Source of the DNA: Thermoplasmatales archaeon SW_10_69_26 | Lineage (GTDB): Archaea > Thermoplasmatota > SW-10-69-26 | Direction: 5' to 3' | Assembly: GCA_003009755.1 (NCBI GenBank) | Contig: PXUB01000032.1 | Location: 81,672-145,671, forward strand | DNA: 64,000 bases | In this document: positions 50,188 to 60,215 of the stretch, piece by piece | Numbering within the stretch: position 1 is the stretch's first letter | How the letters are laid out: each line of letters opens with the position of its first letter | Notes under the pieces: generated by a model | Told to the model about the DNA's origin: nothing | Seen by the model: the letters and a program-made list of their open reading frames with translations, nothing else | Databases searched by the model: none | Position numbers and translations under genes: made by a program

Positions 50188-52440
50188 TCAGCGATCGCCC
50201 GTGAACCGGTCCACGATCGCCTCCCACCAGTAGCCCTCCGGCTCCTCGCCCTTGACGACGAGCACGGACGCGCGGGTCTCCTCGGCGACCCGCTGGACCA
50301 GGGGGCCGACCATCCGTTGCCGGATCGGGGACGGCCGCTTGGCGCCCATGACGAGCAGGTCGGCCTCGTCGCTGGCGTCGACGAGGGCCCTCTCCACGTC
50401 ATCCGCGCGCCGGAGCTCGATCTGGGCGACCGAGGTCACCATCCCCCCCATCTCTTGCAGGTACCGCCGGGCGTTTTGCACCCGTTCCTCGGAGGCATCC
50501 GACGGCAGGACCTTGACGAACGTCAACCGGGCGTCGTGGGCGGCCGCGATCGCGTCGCCGGCGTCGACCTCGGCCTGATCGTAGGGGCTGCCGCGGCTGG
50601 CGACGACCACGTGCGAGGGCGCTTCCAGGCCGCGGTCCCTCGCAATCGCGACCGGGACCTGGGAGGCCCGCAGCACGGCGTCGACGTGCGTGTCCCGGAA
50701 CGCGCTCGGCTGCAAGTGTTCCTCCCAGCCCAGCAGCGCGAACACGGTGCCCTCGCGGATGCGGCCCGTCAGAGCCCGGTCGCGGTCGTGGGTGAGCACG
50801 TGGTCGAGCTCGGCCTCGGCGTCGAGGCTCGCCAGGCGTTCCTCCACCTCGGCTCGCCAGTCGAGGTCGATGTCGGGCACGAACCCGTACAACGGCACCT
50901 GGTCGGGGACCTCGGAGACGACGGCGGCCTCGATGCGGGCCTCGTGGCGGTCGGCCAGCGAGGCCGCGATCCGCAGCAACGGACCGACCGGCTGGCCGTC
51001 GACGACCTCGACGAGCACCGTCCCCGCCGGCTCGCGGTCGGCCTCCGTCGACGGGGGGCCCATCGGCTCGGGGAGCCGCTCGCGCTTGGTCTGGATCGAG
51101 CGGACCTGGCGGACGCGCTGCAGCTGGTCGACCAGGCCGTAGTCGGGCAGCACCGCCGGGGTCCGCTGGCGCTGCCAGTAGTACCAGCCGGCCCCCAGGA
51201 CCACGAACACGGCCGCGCTCACCTGGGACAGCCAGCCCATCTGGGGAATCAACGCCAGCGCGGCGACCGTGCCCACGATCTGCATCCAGGGGAAAAGCGG
51301 CGATTCGTAGGCCGGCTCGTACCACGGCGGCTGGGCCCGCCGCAGCAGCAGGACGGCAACGTTTAACAGCGCGAACACCAGGATCCCGAACGTGCCGCCG
51401 AGCTTGGCCAACGCCTCCACGTCGAAGAGGAGGACCAGGACCAGCATGACCAGCCCCGTGAACCAAAGCGACCAGGAGGGCGTGTCGAACCTGGGCGAGA
51501 TCTCGTTCATCTTCGGGTGCATCAGGCCGTCCCGAGCCATCGCGAACGGGAACCGAGCCGAGGCGAGGATCGCGGCGTTCCCCGTCGACGTGGTGGCCAG
51601 GATGCCCGAGATGCCGACCAGGAGCCCCCCCAGCCCGCCGAGGAACAGCTGGGCCGAGTCCGCCAGCGGCGCCTCGCGGGCGCCGATGCCCTCGATCGGG
51701 AGCGTGCCCGTCACGATCAGCATCACGAGCACGTACAGGACGGTGACGAGGCCCACCGCCGTCAGCATGCCGAGCGGGATGTTGCGGCCGGGGTTCTCGA
51801 CCTCCTCGGCGATCGCGGTGGCCTTCACGATGCCGAGGTAGGAGATGAACACGATCCCGGTGGTCAGCGTGACGCTGGTCCACTCGAAGTGGACGAACGG
51901 CGTCAACAGGTTCCGGTCGACGGCGAACAAGCCCCGCGCGATGAAGACGCCCAAGATCGCCAGCAACACCACGACGACGACGTTCTGCAGCGTGCCGCTG
52001 AGGCCCGCCCCCAGCCAGTTGACGAGGATCAACGCCACCCCGCCGACCAGCGCCGTCGCGATCACGGGGATCGCCGAGAAGTGCAGCAGGTACTGGCCGA
52101 GGCCGACGAGCGCGAAGCTGCCCTTCAACACGAGCGACAGCCAGGCGCCCAACCCGACCACGGTGCCGACGAGCGGGCCCATCGCGCGGCTCACGAAGAA
52201 GTAGGAGCCGCCGGCCTTCGGCATCGCCGTCGACAGCTCGGCCGCCGAGAACGTCGCCATGCCGGCGATCACGCCGGCGATCAGGAACGACAAGCTCGCC
52301 GCTGGCCCGGCGTTGGCTGCCGCGACGCCCGGCAACACGAAGATGCCGGCCCCGATCATGGTGCCCATCGCCGTCGTCAGCACGGCCGGGAAGCCAAGCT
52401 CGCGGCTCAGCGCCACGTCGTCGCCGGTTCCCGTCGTCAC
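50188..52440 (-). CDS. APC-family permease with two USP domains
   Basis: GTMIGAGIFVLPG, EEVENPGRNIP; C-terminal DLLVMG...G.....VLVV USP signature. Confidence 0.9.
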   Translation of the reverse strand: MTTGTGDDVALSRELGFPAVLTTAMGTMIGAGIFVLPGVAAANAGPAASLSFLIAGVIAGMATFSAAELSTAMPKAGGSYFFVSRAMGPLVGTVVGLGAWLSLVLKGSFALVGLGQYLLHFSAIPVIATALVGGVALILVNWLGAGLSGTLQNVVVVVLLAILGVFIARGLFAVDRNLLTPFVHFEWTSVTLTTGIVFISYLGIVKATAIAEEVENPGRNIPLGMLTAVGLVTVLYVLVMLIVTGTLPIEGIGAREAPLADSAQLFLGGLGGLLVGISGILATTSTGNAAILASARFPFAMARDGLMHPKMNEISPRFDTPSWSLWFTGLVMLVLVLLFDVEALAKLGGTFGILVFALLNVAVLLLRRAQPPWYEPAYESPLFPWMQIVGTVAALALIPQMGWLSQVSAAVFVVLGAGWYYWQRQRTPAVLPDYGLVDQLQRVRQVRSIQTKRERLPEPMGPPSTEADREPAGTVLVEVVDGQPVGPLLRIAASLADRHEARIEAAVVSEVPDQVPLYGFVPDIDLDWRAEVEERLASLDAEAELDHVLTHDRDRALTGRIREGTVFALLGWEEHLQPSAFRDTHVDAVLRASQVPVAIARDRGLEAPSHVVVASRGSPYDQAEVDAGDAIAAAHDARLTFVKVLPSDASEERVQNARRYLQEMGGMVTSVAQIELRRADDVERALVDASDEADLLVMGAKRPSPIRQRMVGPLVQRVAEETRASVLVVKGEEPEGYWWEAIVDRFTGDR

Positions 52441-52842
52441 CCTCCCCCACCCCCGGCAACGGGTTCCGCAGCGACGACGGCGCCCTCGAGCACGGTCCAG
52501 GCAGGCCGGCGCGAGCTACAAAGGGGGTTCCCCAGGCTCAAAATCCTGCCCGGGCGCAGCCGGTGGCTGGCTTCGCCGGACCGCTTGGCCAGCCTCGCCG
52601 TCGCGACCACCTCCACGATCGTCGGGCTCGCCTGGGGCCGGGCCAGCCGGGCGCCGAGCGAGTCGCCGGCCGAGCAAGGAGGGGCTAAGGTGCCGGGGTC
52701 GGGGACGAACAGCGGGGCCAGATCCCGGCCGAGAGCCTGATCGACGAGGCCGCTGCGGCCAAGACCGTGTTCGGGCGGCTCCTCACGCCGATCCCGTCGG
52801 TGACGGGATCGTTCCTCGTGTTCGGGGCGATCCGGTGAGGTC

Positions 52843-53970
52843 CTAAACCCCGTCGAGCACCTTCTCGACGAGCTGCAGGCCCTGACGGATGTCGTTGGGG
52901 TCGGTGGCGAAGCTCAACCGGAGGTGGTCCTCGCCGTTGGAGCCGAACGCGCTGCCCGGCACGACGACGACGCCGGCCTCGAGCAGCTTGACGGACAGAT
53001 CCATGCTGGAGATGGCCGCATCGAAGCGCGGGAAGGCGTAGATCGCGCCGTCCGGCTCCACGAGCTCGAGCCCGTCGATGCGGTCGCACTCCTCGACGAC
53101 GACGTCGCGGCGCTCCTGCAGCTCCTCGCGCATCATCTGGGTGTGATCGTCGGGCCCCTCGAGCGCGGCCAGGGCGGCGTGCTGGGCCGGCGTGGGCGGG
53201 GCCGCGTACATGTGGTAGCCGACGACGCGGATCTTCTCGGCGAGCGGTTCGGGTGCGACGGCGAAGCCAAGCCGCCAGCCGGTCATCGCGTACCGCTTGC
53301 TGAACGTGTTGAAGTAGGCCAGCTTCTCGTAGCCCTGGTCCAGGAAGCTCACGTGCTCGTGTTCGTAGGTGAACACGTCGTAGGCCTCGTCGGCCAGCAC
53401 CCACAGATCGTTGTCCTCGGCGACCTCGAGCACGCCGTCGACCGTCTCCCGGTCGAGCGCGACGCCGGTCGGGTTGCTGGGCGAGCAGAGCACGATGGCC
53501 TTCGTGTCCGGGCTGACCCGCTCGGCCAGCGCCTCCGGGTCGACCTGGAAGCCCTCCTCGTCGCGCAGGGGGTAGGTGACCGGCGTGCCCTCCGCCAGCT
53601 CGGTGTGCGGCGGGTACAGCACGAACCCTGGGTCGGGCACCAGCACCTCGTCGCCCTCCTCTACGAGCGCCTGCAACGCGGCGTACAGGGCCGCCGTGCT
53701 GCCGGCCGTCATGGCCACGTTCTCGGCATCGAGACCGGGTCGCCGGTGCTCGTAGGCCTCGGCGATGCCACGGCGGAGCTCGGGAAGCCCCGCCGTGGGG
53801 GAGTACTTGTTCTCTCCGCGCTCCACGGCCTCGATGTAGGCCTGCTTCACGTGTTCCGGGGGTTGACGGTGAGGCTCGCCGATCCCCAGGTGGATGGCAT
53901 CCTCGTCCGCCGCCTCGAACAGTTTGCGGATCCCGGAAACGTCTAGGTCCTCGACCCGGGAGGCGAACAC
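52843..53970 (-). CDS. Class I PLP-dependent (aspartate-type) aminotransferase
   Basis: SPSNPTG, DEAY, FSKRYAMTGWRLG and LRLSFA motifs. Start inferred. Confidence 0.92.
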   Translation of the reverse strand: MFASRVEDLDVSGIRKLFEAADEDAIHLGIGEPHRQPPEHVKQAYIEAVERGENKYSPTAGLPELRRGIAEAYEHRRPGLDAENVAMTAGSTAALYAALQALVEEGDEVLVPDPGFVLYPPHTELAEGTPVTYPLRDEEGFQVDPEALAERVSPDTKAIVLCSPSNPTGVALDRETVDGVLEVAEDNDLWVLADEAYDVFTYEHEHVSFLDQGYEKLAYFNTFSKRYAMTGWRLGFAVAPEPLAEKIRVVGYHMYAAPPTPAQHAALAALEGPDDHTQMMREELQERRDVVVEECDRIDGLELVEPDGAIYAFPRFDAAISSMDLSVKLLEAGVVVVPGSAFGSNGEDHLRLSFATDPNDIRQGLQLVEKVLDGV

Positions 53971-54136
53971 ATCTGTCCAGAAGGGCGGCTTCACGCTAAA
54001 TCCTTCCCCCATCTCCCCCACACGCAACCTCGTGACAATCTCCCGCTATCTGCGGCTCTCGGCCGAGGCTGATGGTGGGATCCAGCCGCCCCGTCCGCCC
54101 CGCCGTTTATCAACGACGGGCATCCTGCCATCGTCG

Positions 54137-55420
54137 ATGAGCGACCTCGTCGTCCAGGGGACGACGCTCACGGCCGAGGGACCCGAACCGATCGAGATCG
54201 GCATCCAGGACGGCCGCTTCGTCGAGCCAGACGGGTCCGTCGACCGGCGCTTCGAGGACGGCTACCTCCTGCCGGCCGCGATCGACGCCCACGTGCACTT
54301 CCGCGAGCCCGGCGACACCCACAAGGAGGACATCCAGACCGGCACCGCCAGCGCCGCCTACGGCGGCGTCGGGTTCGCCTGCCAGATGCCCAACACCGAC
54401 CCGGCCATCGCCGACGCCGAGGCCTACCGAAGGGTCGCCAACCGCGTGGAAGCCAGCGCCCACGTCGACGTCGGCACCTGGGCCGGCGTCGGACCCGAGA
54501 TGGAGTGCTTCGAGCTCGGGGACCGCGCCACCGGCTACAAGCTCTACAGCGGCCCGACGACGGGCGACCTGTTGCTCGACGATCCCGAGGACTGGATCGA
54601 AGCCGTCGAACGCGCGGCCGAGACCGACCGGCCGCTGGCCGTCCACGCCGAGGACCCCCGCATCCTCACCGAGGCCCGCCGCGGCGAGGAGGACCCCCAG
54701 GCGCCGGCCGCCCACGCCCGCATGCGACCCCCCGAGGCCGAGGTCCGCGTCCTCGAGCGCCTGGCGCCCCGCGCCGCATCGACCGGCGCCCGCCTCCACG
54801 CCGCCCACGTCTCCGACCCCCGCACGGTCGAGGTCATGAACGAGCACGGGCTCACCTGCGAGGTCACCCCCCACCACGTCTTCCTCGACAGCAAGGACGT
54901 CGAACGCATGGGCACCCGCGCCAAGGTGAACCCGCCGATCCGCTCGCCGCACACCCGCCCCAAGCTGTGGGATGCCTTCCGGCGCGGGGATATCCCCGTC
55001 TTCGCCAGCGACCACGCCCCCCACACGCTCGACGAGAAGGACCAGCCCTTCCACGAGGCGCCCAGCGGCCTTCCCGGCGTGGAGACGATCTACCCGTTGG
55101 CCCTGGCCCGAGCCCTCGCTGGCAACATCCACATCGAACGCGTGCTCGATGCCTGCTGCCGCGCGCCGGCCGAGCTGCTCGACGTCCCCCTCGGCCGCAT
55201 CGAACCCGGCCACTGGGCGAACCTCGTCCACGTCCCCGAGGAACCGACCCGCATCGGCAAGCGCACGATGCACACCCGCTGCGGCTGGACGCCCTACGAG
55301 GACCACCAGGGCCTGTTCCCCGAGGACCTCATGGTGCGCGGCGACTGGGTGCTCGAGGACGGCGACCTCGTCGCCAAGCCCGGCCAAGGGCAGTTCGTGG
55401 GAGGCCCGGCGTGGGACTGA
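54137..55420 (+). CDS. pyrC: Dihydroorotase
   Basis: IDAHVHFREPG, MPNT, CEVTPHH, KVNPP and SDHAPH motifs. Confidence 0.93.
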   Translation: MSDLVVQGTTLTAEGPEPIEIGIQDGRFVEPDGSVDRRFEDGYLLPAAIDAHVHFREPGDTHKEDIQTGTASAAYGGVGFACQMPNTDPAIADAEAYRRVANRVEASAHVDVGTWAGVGPEMECFELGDRATGYKLYSGPTTGDLLLDDPEDWIEAVERAAETDRPLAVHAEDPRILTEARRGEEDPQAPAAHARMRPPEAEVRVLERLAPRAASTGARLHAAHVSDPRTVEVMNEHGLTCEVTPHHVFLDSKDVERMGTRAKVNPPIRSPHTRPKLWDAFRRGDIPVFASDHAPHTLDEKDQPFHEAPSGLPGVETIYPLALARALAGNIHIERVLDACCRAPAELLDVPLGRIEPGHWANLVHVPEEPTRIGKRTMHTRCGWTPYEDHQGLFPEDLMVRGDWVLEDGDLVAKPGQGQFVGGPAWD

Positions 55421-56028
55421 CCGAGACCACGGTCGACTGGGTCCAATCCGTCTTCGCCGGCTACGAGGTCATCGGGCTCGTCCTCGTCTCCTTCACCGAA
55501 GCCATCCTGTCCCCGATCCCGCCCGACCCCCTGCTCGCGGTGCTCGCCGAGCCCGCCTCGCTCCCCTGGGCCGTGTGGCTGGGTCTGGTCACGACGATCG
55601 CCAGCGTCGCCGGCGGCGCCATCGGGTACCTCGTCGGCGACCGCTTCTCCGAGTGGGCCCACGAGCGCTTCGCCGGCCCCAAGATGGACCGCGTCGAGGG
55701 CTGGTACCAGGAGCACGGCGAGTGGGTCGTCGGCGTCGCCGCGCTCTCACCGATCCCGTTCAAGATCTTCACCGTGACCAGCGGCCTGCTCAACCTGCGC
55801 TTTTGGCCGTTCGCGGCCGCCGCGACGGTCGGACGTGGGGTCCGGTTCCTCGCCGTCGCCATCCTCGCGACGTTCTACGGCGACCGGGTCATCGCCTGGG
55901 TCGACGCCTACGAGATCCCGCTCGCCATCGCGGCCGTCTTGGCGCTGATCGCCGTGTACTGGTTCACCCGCGAGGACACCACCGCCGGCCCGGGGGGAGC
56001 TTCCCGAGACCTCGAGGAACCCGGCTGA
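55411..56028 (+). CDS. YqaA/DedA (VTT domain) membrane protein
   Basis: FTEAILSPIPPD, SPIPFKIFT and GRGVRF motifs; GTG start overlaps the pyrC end. Confidence 0.85.
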   Translation: MGLTETTVDWVQSVFAGYEVIGLVLVSFTEAILSPIPPDPLLAVLAEPASLPWAVWLGLVTTIASVAGGAIGYLVGDRFSEWAHERFAGPKMDRVEGWYQEHGEWVVGVAALSPIPFKIFTVTSGLLNLRFWPFAAAATVGRGVRFLAVAILATFYGDRVIAWVDAYEIPLAIAAVLALIAVYWFTREDTTAGPGGASRDLEEPG

Positions 56029-57066
56029 CTACTGCGGCCCGACGTGGGCGGCGCCGTTCGTCGAGGAAGCGGTCACCGTCACCTGGACCGGGCGCTGGTC
56101 GAAGCCGTCGGTCCGGAACGCGACGCGATCGCCGCCGTCCGAAGACTCCGTGTCGCCATCCTCGAGCGCGATCGAGGCGTCCCCGTTCGTCGTGGACGCC
56201 TCCGCGAGGTAGCCGTGGTCGCCCGTCTCCGGCACGGCCAGGTCGACGTCGCCGTTCGTGTTGTCGACGTCGATCGAGCCCTCCTCCGCCGGCGTGACGG
56301 CGGCCGTGATGTCGCCGGTCGTCGAGCCGATAGCGACCTCTCGGGTGCCCTCGAGCTCGGCGTCGATGGCGCCGTTGGTCGTGTCGATCTGGACCTCAGG
56401 CGCGCGCACGCTCTCCACGCCCACCTCGCCGTTCGTGGATCCGAGCACGAGCGTCGAGGCTCGCAGATCCTCGGCCTGCACGTCGCCGTTCGTCGACGCG
56501 GCCGCCAGGTTCACCTCGACCGAGGCCGGCACGATCAGCGTGAGATCGGCCTCCTTGCGGTCGCCATCGCGCGTCACGAGGCCGGCCTCGCCCTCGCCGT
56601 GGTCGACCTGGGCGACGAGCTGGCGGTCGCCGGGGCTGCCGGCGTCCCACGCGAGGCTCATCTCGTCGCGGTTCTGGCGGGCATCCTCCGGAGTCGCCCC
56701 GTAACCGGTGAGGTTGGCCTCGAGCCGGTAGTCGCTGCCGGCCTCGGCATCGATCTCGACGTCGCCGTTGACGTTGCTCAGGTCGACGAGCAGCTCGGCC
56801 AGCGTGAGCCGGCCCTCGATCGCGATGACGCGCGAGGCGAAGAACGGTGGCGCGGTCGGCTCCACGCCCTCGTGGGTCTCCTCGCTGTCCTCGACCGTCA
56901 TCTGGCCCTCCTCATCCTCTTCGGTCCCCGTCGTGGTCGAAGCCTGCGAGGAGGGGCTCAGCTCGTCCCCGACCTGGTCGCCGAACGGGGCGGCCATCGC
57001 GATCCCGCCGCCCAACAGCAGGGCGGTCGTCGCGATCGCGACCAGCGCCGGCGTCGCATCGGTCAT
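56029..57066 (-). CDS. Secreted DUF4097-like beta-strand repeat protein
   Basis: Signal peptide and repeated (S/T)TNG(D/E/A) units. Confidence 0.8.
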   Translation of the reverse strand: MTDATPALVAIATTALLLGGGIAMAAPFGDQVGDELSPSSQASTTTGTEEDEEGQMTVEDSEETHEGVEPTAPPFFASRVIAIEGRLTLAELLVDLSNVNGDVEIDAEAGSDYRLEANLTGYGATPEDARQNRDEMSLAWDAGSPGDRQLVAQVDHGEGEAGLVTRDGDRKEADLTLIVPASVEVNLAAASTNGDVQAEDLRASTLVLGSTNGEVGVESVRAPEVQIDTTNGAIDAELEGTREVAIGSTTGDITAAVTPAEEGSIDVDNTNGDVDLAVPETGDHGYLAEASTTNGDASIALEDGDTESSDGGDRVAFRTDGFDQRPVQVTVTASSTNGAAHVGPQ

Positions 57067-57171
57067 CGAACCGACAAACGAGCGAGATGGCTTAAGAGTG
57101 GTTCGGCCAGCGCGTTGAACAGCCCGTCATTCACCACCTATATTATTGGCGAATGGAATGGGTGTGGCGCC

Positions 57172-58632
57172 ATGGCGTCGCCGCAGACCTCCAACCCGGA
57201 GCCGCGAGCCGAGACGACCAGCGAGGGCACCCAGCTCCAGCGTGCCCGAGCCGACGAGATCACGCCGGAGATGCGGGCCGTCGCCGAGCGCGAGAACCTC
57301 GATCCCGACCTCGTCCGCTACGAGGTCGCCGAGGGCACGCTCGTCATCCCCGCCAACCGCCGCCATCTCGGGGAGGGTCTGGAGCCGATGGCGATCGGCG
57401 AGGTCTCCAGCGTCAAGGTCAACGCCAACATCGGCGCCAGCAAGGACACCAGCAGCCTCGAGGGCGAGAGGGACAAGCTCCGCCACGCGCTGCAGTGGGG
57501 CGCCGACACCGTCATGGACCTGTCCACCGGGCGCTCGAACCTGGCCGAGATCCGCCGCGCGCTCATCCCCGAGAGCCCGGTCCCGGTCGGCACGGTCCCG
57601 ATCTACGAGATGGTGGACCGCGTCGACGGTCAGGTCGCCGAGATCACGCCCGAGCTCGCGCTCGATGTCATCGAGGACCACGCCGAGCAGGGCGTCGACT
57701 ACATGACGATCCACGCCGGCGTGCTCCAAGCCCACCTGCCCTACACCGAGGGCCGCACGACCGGCATCGTCAGCCGCGGCGGCTCGATCATGGCTCAATG
57801 GATGACCGAGAACGAGGCCGAGAACTTCCTCAACACGCACTTCGAGGAGATCTGCGAGATCTTCCGCCGCCACGACGTCACCTTCAGCCTCGGCGACGGC
57901 CTCCGTCCGGGCTCGATCGCGGACAGCAGCGACGAGGCCCAGTTCGCAGAGCTGCGCGAGCTGGGCGAGCTCACGAACCGAGCCTGGGACAACGGCTGCC
58001 AGGTCATGGTCGAGGGCCCCGGCCACATCCCGCTCGACGAGATCGAGATGCAGGTCGACAAGCAGAAGGAGATCTGCGACGGCGCGCCCTTCTACACGCT
58101 GGGCCCGCTCGTCACCGACGTCGCCCCCGGCTACGACCACATGACGAGCATGATCGGCGCCGCCGTCATCGGCTGGCACGGCGCCGACATGCTGTGCTAC
58201 GTCACGCCCAAGGAACACCTCGGCCTGCCCGAACCCGAGGACGTCAAGCAGGGCCTGATCGCCTACAACATCGCCGCTCATGCCGCCGACGTCGCCCGCG
58301 ATCGACCCGACGCCAGATCCTGGGACGAGGCGCTCAGCCAGGCCCGCTTCGCCTTCGACTGGCCCCGCCAGTTCGCGCTCGCGCTCGACCCCGAGGCCGC
58401 CAGGAACCACCACCAGGCCGCCAACAGCGAGGAGAACCACGACCCCGAGGACGTGCACTTCTGCTCGATGTGCGGGCCCGAGTTCTGCAGCATGCGGATC
58501 ACGCAAGACCAGCGCGACGCCGCGGGCTCGGACAAGCTCAGCTTCGACGGCGACTACGACGAGCGCCCCGCCGACGAGGTCAAGACCGAGCAAGGCGCCC
58601 GCTACCCCGGCGTGTTCGACAACAGGACGTAG
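57172..58632 (+). CDS. thiC: Phosphomethylpyrimidine synthase
   Basis: [32 protein letters not shown] and CSMCGPEFC motifs. Confidence 0.97.
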   Translation: MASPQTSNPEPRAETTSEGTQLQRARADEITPEMRAVAERENLDPDLVRYEVAEGTLVIPANRRHLGEGLEPMAIGEVSSVKVNANIGASKDTSSLEGERDKLRHALQWGADTVMDLSTGRSNLAEIRRALIPESPVPVGTVPIYEMVDRVDGQVAEITPELALDVIEDHAEQGVDYMTIHAGVLQAHLPYTEGRTTGIVSRGGSIMAQWMTENEAENFLNTHFEEICEIFRRHDVTFSLGDGLRPGSIADSSDEAQFAELRELGELTNRAWDNGCQVMVEGPGHIPLDEIEMQVDKQKEICDGAPFYTLGPLVTDVAPGYDHMTSMIGAAVIGWHGADMLCYVTPKEHLGLPEPEDVKQGLIAYNIAAHAADVARDRPDARSWDEALSQARFAFDWPRQFALALDPEAARNHHQAANSEENHDPEDVHFCSMCGPEFCSMRITQDQRDAAGSDKLSFDGDYDERPADEVKTEQGARYPGVFDNRT

Positions 58633-58872
58633 CGGTCAACGAGAGCCGCAGGCGGTCCGCGGGAGCCCGCCACGGCCGCGGGCCCTCGAGCCGTCCGTAC
58701 CTCGGCGGTGAAGAACGCTGGCGGTGAGCGGTTGACCAGAGGCGGCCAAGAGCGGCTCGTCTGTCCTTCCCCTCGATATCCCCCCGCCGAGGCGAACCCT
58801 GCTGGTGGCGAGCCTCTGTGCTCGCTGCAACCCAACCCTTATCGCAGGCCCGCCGGCCTACCCTGCTCACCG

Positions 58873-59586
58873 GTGCCCCTCGACCTCGGCCTGCTCGCCT
58901 TCGCCTTCTCGCTCGGCATGGCGACGTTCTTCAGCCCCTGCGCGGTCGCGCTCGTGCCCGCCTACGTCGCCTGCTACACCGGCTCCGCCGACGACGAGCG
59001 ACCCGGCTCGGACGCCTGGCAAGCGGCCGCGGTGCGCGGGGCGCGCTTCGGCGGCGCCGCAGCGGTCGGCGTGCTGGGCCTGTTCGGCGTCGGATCTGTC
59101 GCCATCTATCTGCTCCGCTCGCGGCTGGGCGTCGTCGACTCGGCCAGCCTGCTGGCCACCTTCGAGACCGCCGGCATCCTCGTGGGCCTGCTGCTCGTCG
59201 TGCTCGGTGGGCTCGTGCTCGCCTCGCGAGCGCCGACGATCACGCTGCCCGTCAAGGCGCCCGAGAAGCGCACGCTGCCCAGCATGGCCGCCTTCGGCGT
59301 TCTGTTCGCGCTCGCCAGCATGGGTTGCACGCTGCCGCTGTTCTTCGGGCTGATCGGCACCGCCGTCGGCCAGCCCGCCCTCGATGCCCTCGGCATGGTC
59401 GCCGCGTTCGGCACCGCGATCGCCGGCCTGCTGGGGGCCGTTTCGATCGGGCTGTCCATCTCCGAGGAGACGATGGCCCGCCGCGTGCGTCAGATCACCC
59501 GCTACATCAAACCGGCCAGCGGGCTCCTGCTCGTCGCCGCCGGCCTCTACACGATCAACTTCTACCTCGAGATCGTGCCCGTCTAA
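58873..59586 (+). CDS. ccdA: CcdA/DsbD-like transmembrane electron transporter
   Basis: FFSPC....PAY and GCTLP motifs; about 6 TMs. Confidence 0.82.
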   Translation: MPLDLGLLAFAFSLGMATFFSPCAVALVPAYVACYTGSADDERPGSDAWQAAAVRGARFGGAAAVGVLGLFGVGSVAIYLLRSRLGVVDSASLLATFETAGILVGLLLVVLGGLVLASRAPTITLPVKAPEKRTLPSMAAFGVLFALASMGCTLPLFFGLIGTAVGQPALDALGMVAAFGTAIAGLLGAVSIGLSISEETMARRVRQITRYIKPASGLLLVAAGLYTINFYLEIVPV

Positions 59587-59680
59587 ACTGCCGGTCGCCC
59601 TCGGCCGCCCAGCGACTGATCGGCGACCGACGGGGCGTCCAAGGCAACCTTCATCAGGCGCCGGCGGGCCTTCCGACGTG

Positions 59681-60181
59681 ATGCGTGCCTGGCTGCTCGC
59701 CCTCGCGCTGCTCGCCGTCCCGCTGGCCGGCTGCGCCTCCCAGCCCGCCTCCGACCCCGCCCAAGACAGCGATCTGGCCCCACAGTGGTCGTTCACCGAC
59801 ACCGAAGGCACCGAGCACTCCACCGACAGCGCCTCCGGCTCGCCGACCGTGATCTTCTACATGGCCACCTGGTGCTCCTCCTGCAAGGACATGACAACGG
59901 AGATGGCCCAGGTCCACGAGGAACACGCCTCCCAGGGCGTCGACGTCTTCTCCGTCACCGTCGACCCCGGCGAAGGCAACGAGGATCTGGAGAACTGGAA
60001 GGCCGAGTACGACCAACCGTGGCCCCACGGCGTCGACGAGGATAGCCAGATGCAGCGCGCCTACAACGTCGACAGCCAGTCGAGCGTCGTCGTGCTGGAC
60101 GCGGAAGGAAGCCTCGTGGAAGGATGGGGATACGGGGAGGCCACGGCGGAGGACGTGAGCCACGCGATCGAGGCGGCCTGA
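59681..60181 (+). CDS. TlpA/ResA-like thioredoxin lipoprotein
   Basis: LAGC lipobox; ATWCSSC active site. Confidence 0.87.
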   Translation: MRAWLLALALLAVPLAGCASQPASDPAQDSDLAPQWSFTDTEGTEHSTDSASGSPTVIFYMATWCSSCKDMTTEMAQVHEEHASQGVDVFSVTVDPGEGNEDLENWKAEYDQPWPHGVDEDSQMQRAYNVDSQSSVVVLDAEGSLVEGWGYGEATAEDVSHAIEAA

Positions 60182-60215
60182 GCGCGGTTAGGCTCCCCGT
60201 CTGGGCCCCCGAGAG

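Noticed and set aside
57067-57171. TPP riboswitch upstream of thiC
   Set aside because: The short intergenic region has AT-rich promoter-like boxes but no CTGAGA/ACCTG aptamer core.
59584-59594. Fourth full MITE copy at the ccdA stop
   Set aside because: Only TA+AACTGCCGG matches, with no internal blocks or second end. Could be a remnant or chance.
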